From Octopus sinensis (taxonomy: Eukaryota), in the NCBI RefSeq assembly GCF_006345805.1, contig NC_042999.1:57536001-57600000 (forward strand): a stretch of DNA of 64,000 nt, given 5' to 3'. This document shows, in pieces, positions 61,651 to 64,000 of the stretch (the stretch's first letter is position 1; each line of letters starts with the position of its first letter). A program made the translations under genes and the position numbers. The notes under the pieces are model-generated. The model ran no database searches. It saw nothing but the letters and a program-made list of their open reading frames with translations, and had not been told where the DNA came from.

Positions 61651-64000
61651 TCATCATCATCATCATTTAACATTTGCTTTCCATGCTGGCATGGGTTTGA
61701 CGGTTTGACTGAGGGATGGCAAGCTAGAAGGCTCCAATCTGATCTGGCAAAGTTTCTACAGCTTGATACCCTTTGTAATGCCAACCACTCCAAGAGTGTA
61801 GTGGGTGCTTTTTACGTGCCACTGGCACGAAGGCCAGTCAGGTGGTACTAGCATCGACCATGCTTAAATGGTACTTTTTCATATGCCACTCGCTCGGGAA
61901 CCAGTCAGGCGGCACTGACAGCACCTACGCTTGAAAGGTGCTTTTTATATGCCACTGGCATGGGACCAGTCAGCCGGCATTGGCATCGGACACATTCAAA
62001 TGGTGTTTTTTATGTACCACCAGCACGAGTGCCAATCAACTGGTATTGTCATTGGCCACAACGATAACTTCACTTGCCTCAACAGGTCTTCGCAAGCGCA
62101 GTTTATTGATTGATTGGTACTCTTAAATGGGCCAGTTATGCTGCACTGGTATAGGCCAGAGTTACAGTCTCGCTCGGCTTGCAAGGTATTCTCAAGCACA
62201 GCATATCTCCAAAGGTCTCAGTCACTTGTCATTGCCTCCATGAGGACCAATGTTAGAAGGTTGTGTTTCACCACCTCATCCCAGGTCTTCCTGGGTCTAC
62301 CTCTTCCACAGGTTCCCTCTATTGCTAGGGTGTGACACTTTTTCACACAGCTGTCCTCATCCATATGCAACACCATATCAGCTGTCGTCTCTCTTGCACA
62401 CCACATCTAATGCTTCTTAAGTCCAACTTTTCTCTCAGGGTGCTCACACTCTGTCGTGTATGCACACTGACATTACACATCCAGCAGATTTACTAGCTTC
62501 GTTCCTTGTAAGCTTATGCATGTCTTCAGCAGTCATGGCCCATGTTTCACTGCCATGTAGCATGGCTGTTTGCACACATGCATCATACAGTTTACCTTTT
62601 ACTCTGAGCAACAGGCCCTTTATCACCAGCAGAGGTAGGAGCTCTCTGAACTTTGCCCAGGCTGTTCTTATTCTAGCTGCTACACTTTCAGTGCACCCTC
62701 CCCGGCTACTGACTTGGTCATCTAGTTAATGGAAACTATCAACTACTTCTAGTTTTTCCCCCCTGCAATGTGACGGAAGCTGTTTTCTGCACATTTTCAG
62801 TGTTTATTGTCCCTGAGCATTTGCCACATACAAAAACTATCTTCCCAGTTAGCCTTCTTTGATATTGCTACACCTCTTATGTGTCCATAGCTTACACTGG
62901 GTACATCTTATGGAGTTTCTACCTACACCTTTTCTACAAATCGAGCAGGACCATCTACCTGAGGGGATTTGTGATTTATTTGCTTTCCTACTTATTAAGA
63001 CTTTGGTTTTTTGCTAGATTAACTCTAAGGCTCTTTGATTCTAGACCTTGCTTCCATACCTGAAATTTCTCCTCCAGTTCTGATAGTGACTCAGCAATTA
63101 GAGCAAGGTCATCAGCATAGAGGAGCTCCCAGGGGCATCTTGTTTTGAATTCCTCTGTTATTGCCTGGAGGACTATGATGAATAAGAGGGGGCTGTGGAC
63201 TGATTTTTGGTGGACTCCTACACCTACCTGGAATTCTTCACTGTACTCATTGCCAACCCTCACCTTACTGACAGCATCCCTGTACATGGCTTGCACAGCT
63301 CTCACTAACCACTCATCTATCCCTAGTTTCCGCATTGATCACCAGATTAGTGATCGGGGGACCCTGTCAGAGACTTTCTCCATGTTAACGAAAGCCAGGT
63401 ACAGAGGTTTATCTTTGGCTAGGTATTTCTTCTGCAGCTACCTTACCAGAAATATAGCATCAGTCGTGCTTTTCCCTGGCACAAACCCAAACTACATCTC
63501 ATCTAAACTGATTCTCTCCCTAATTAGTTGGGCTATGACCCTCTCCATGACTTTCATTACCTGATTCAACAACTTGATACCTCTATAATTATCCATATCT
63601 AATGCATCATCTTTACTTTTTTGGCAGTTGACTATGGTGCTGCAACACCAATCATTGGGTATGACTCCTTCATGTATCACTTGATTGACTAGGCTACAGC
63701 CAACACCACCAGATATTTTAAGCATCTCTGCAGTGATTTCTGATAGACAGGAGGCTTTCCCTGTCTTCATACTCTAAATTGCTTTATCTACCAAGGTACT
63801 ATCAATTCGGATAGCTGGTCCCTCTGTTAGCTCAACATTCAGCAGACTCTCTTTCTCCCATTCATTTTCTTCATTTAGCTACCATTCATAGTGGTGTCTC
63901 CAAGTCTCTCTCTTTGCAGCTTCATTAACTGCAAGTGAGCCATCATCCATGAGGACACATTTCTCTCCTATGACATCACGATTCCCTCTCACACACTGTC
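61651..64000 (-). mobile_element. RTE-clade LINE, 3' 2.3 kb (continues beyond window)
   Basis: NYRGIKLL, LVRAVQAMYRDA..GVHQKSVHSPLLFIIVL..WELLYADDL, GRGRPRKTW; (GAT)n tail at ~61651. Confidence 0.92.

Overview
AT-rich, repeat-dense animal genomic DNA; the SINE families, (TA)n/(TG)n arrays and RTE tails look like Octopus (inferred from repeat recognition, not a search). Two spliced host genes lie convergently. On + is a complete 4-coding-exon MOGAT/DGAT2-family acyltransferase (23338-37132, 338 aa). On - are the last three exons of a TGDS-like dTDP-glucose 4,6-dehydratase (61453-61288, 47927-47771, 43787-43729). Most of the rest is mobile DNA: tRNA-derived SINEs, a head-to-tail Helitron dimer, MITEs and fold-back elements, Merlin, mariner and hAT relics, Penelope-like RT and GIY-YIG fragments, R4/Dong, CR1, Tx1/L1 and two RTE LINEs, and a Gypsy remnant. 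The most unusual signal, absent from the ORF track, is six type I hammerhead-ribozyme motifs of four sequence families at 21.9-35.7 kb, with short or palindromic stem III of the Penelope-associated kind. Two form the 3' tail of a ~235-nt tRNA-headed SINE arranged head-to-head in a MOGAT intron; the others sit in elements abutting (TA)n. Two candidate upstream promoters/first exons for MOGAT were also seen. All alignments and folds were done by eye.
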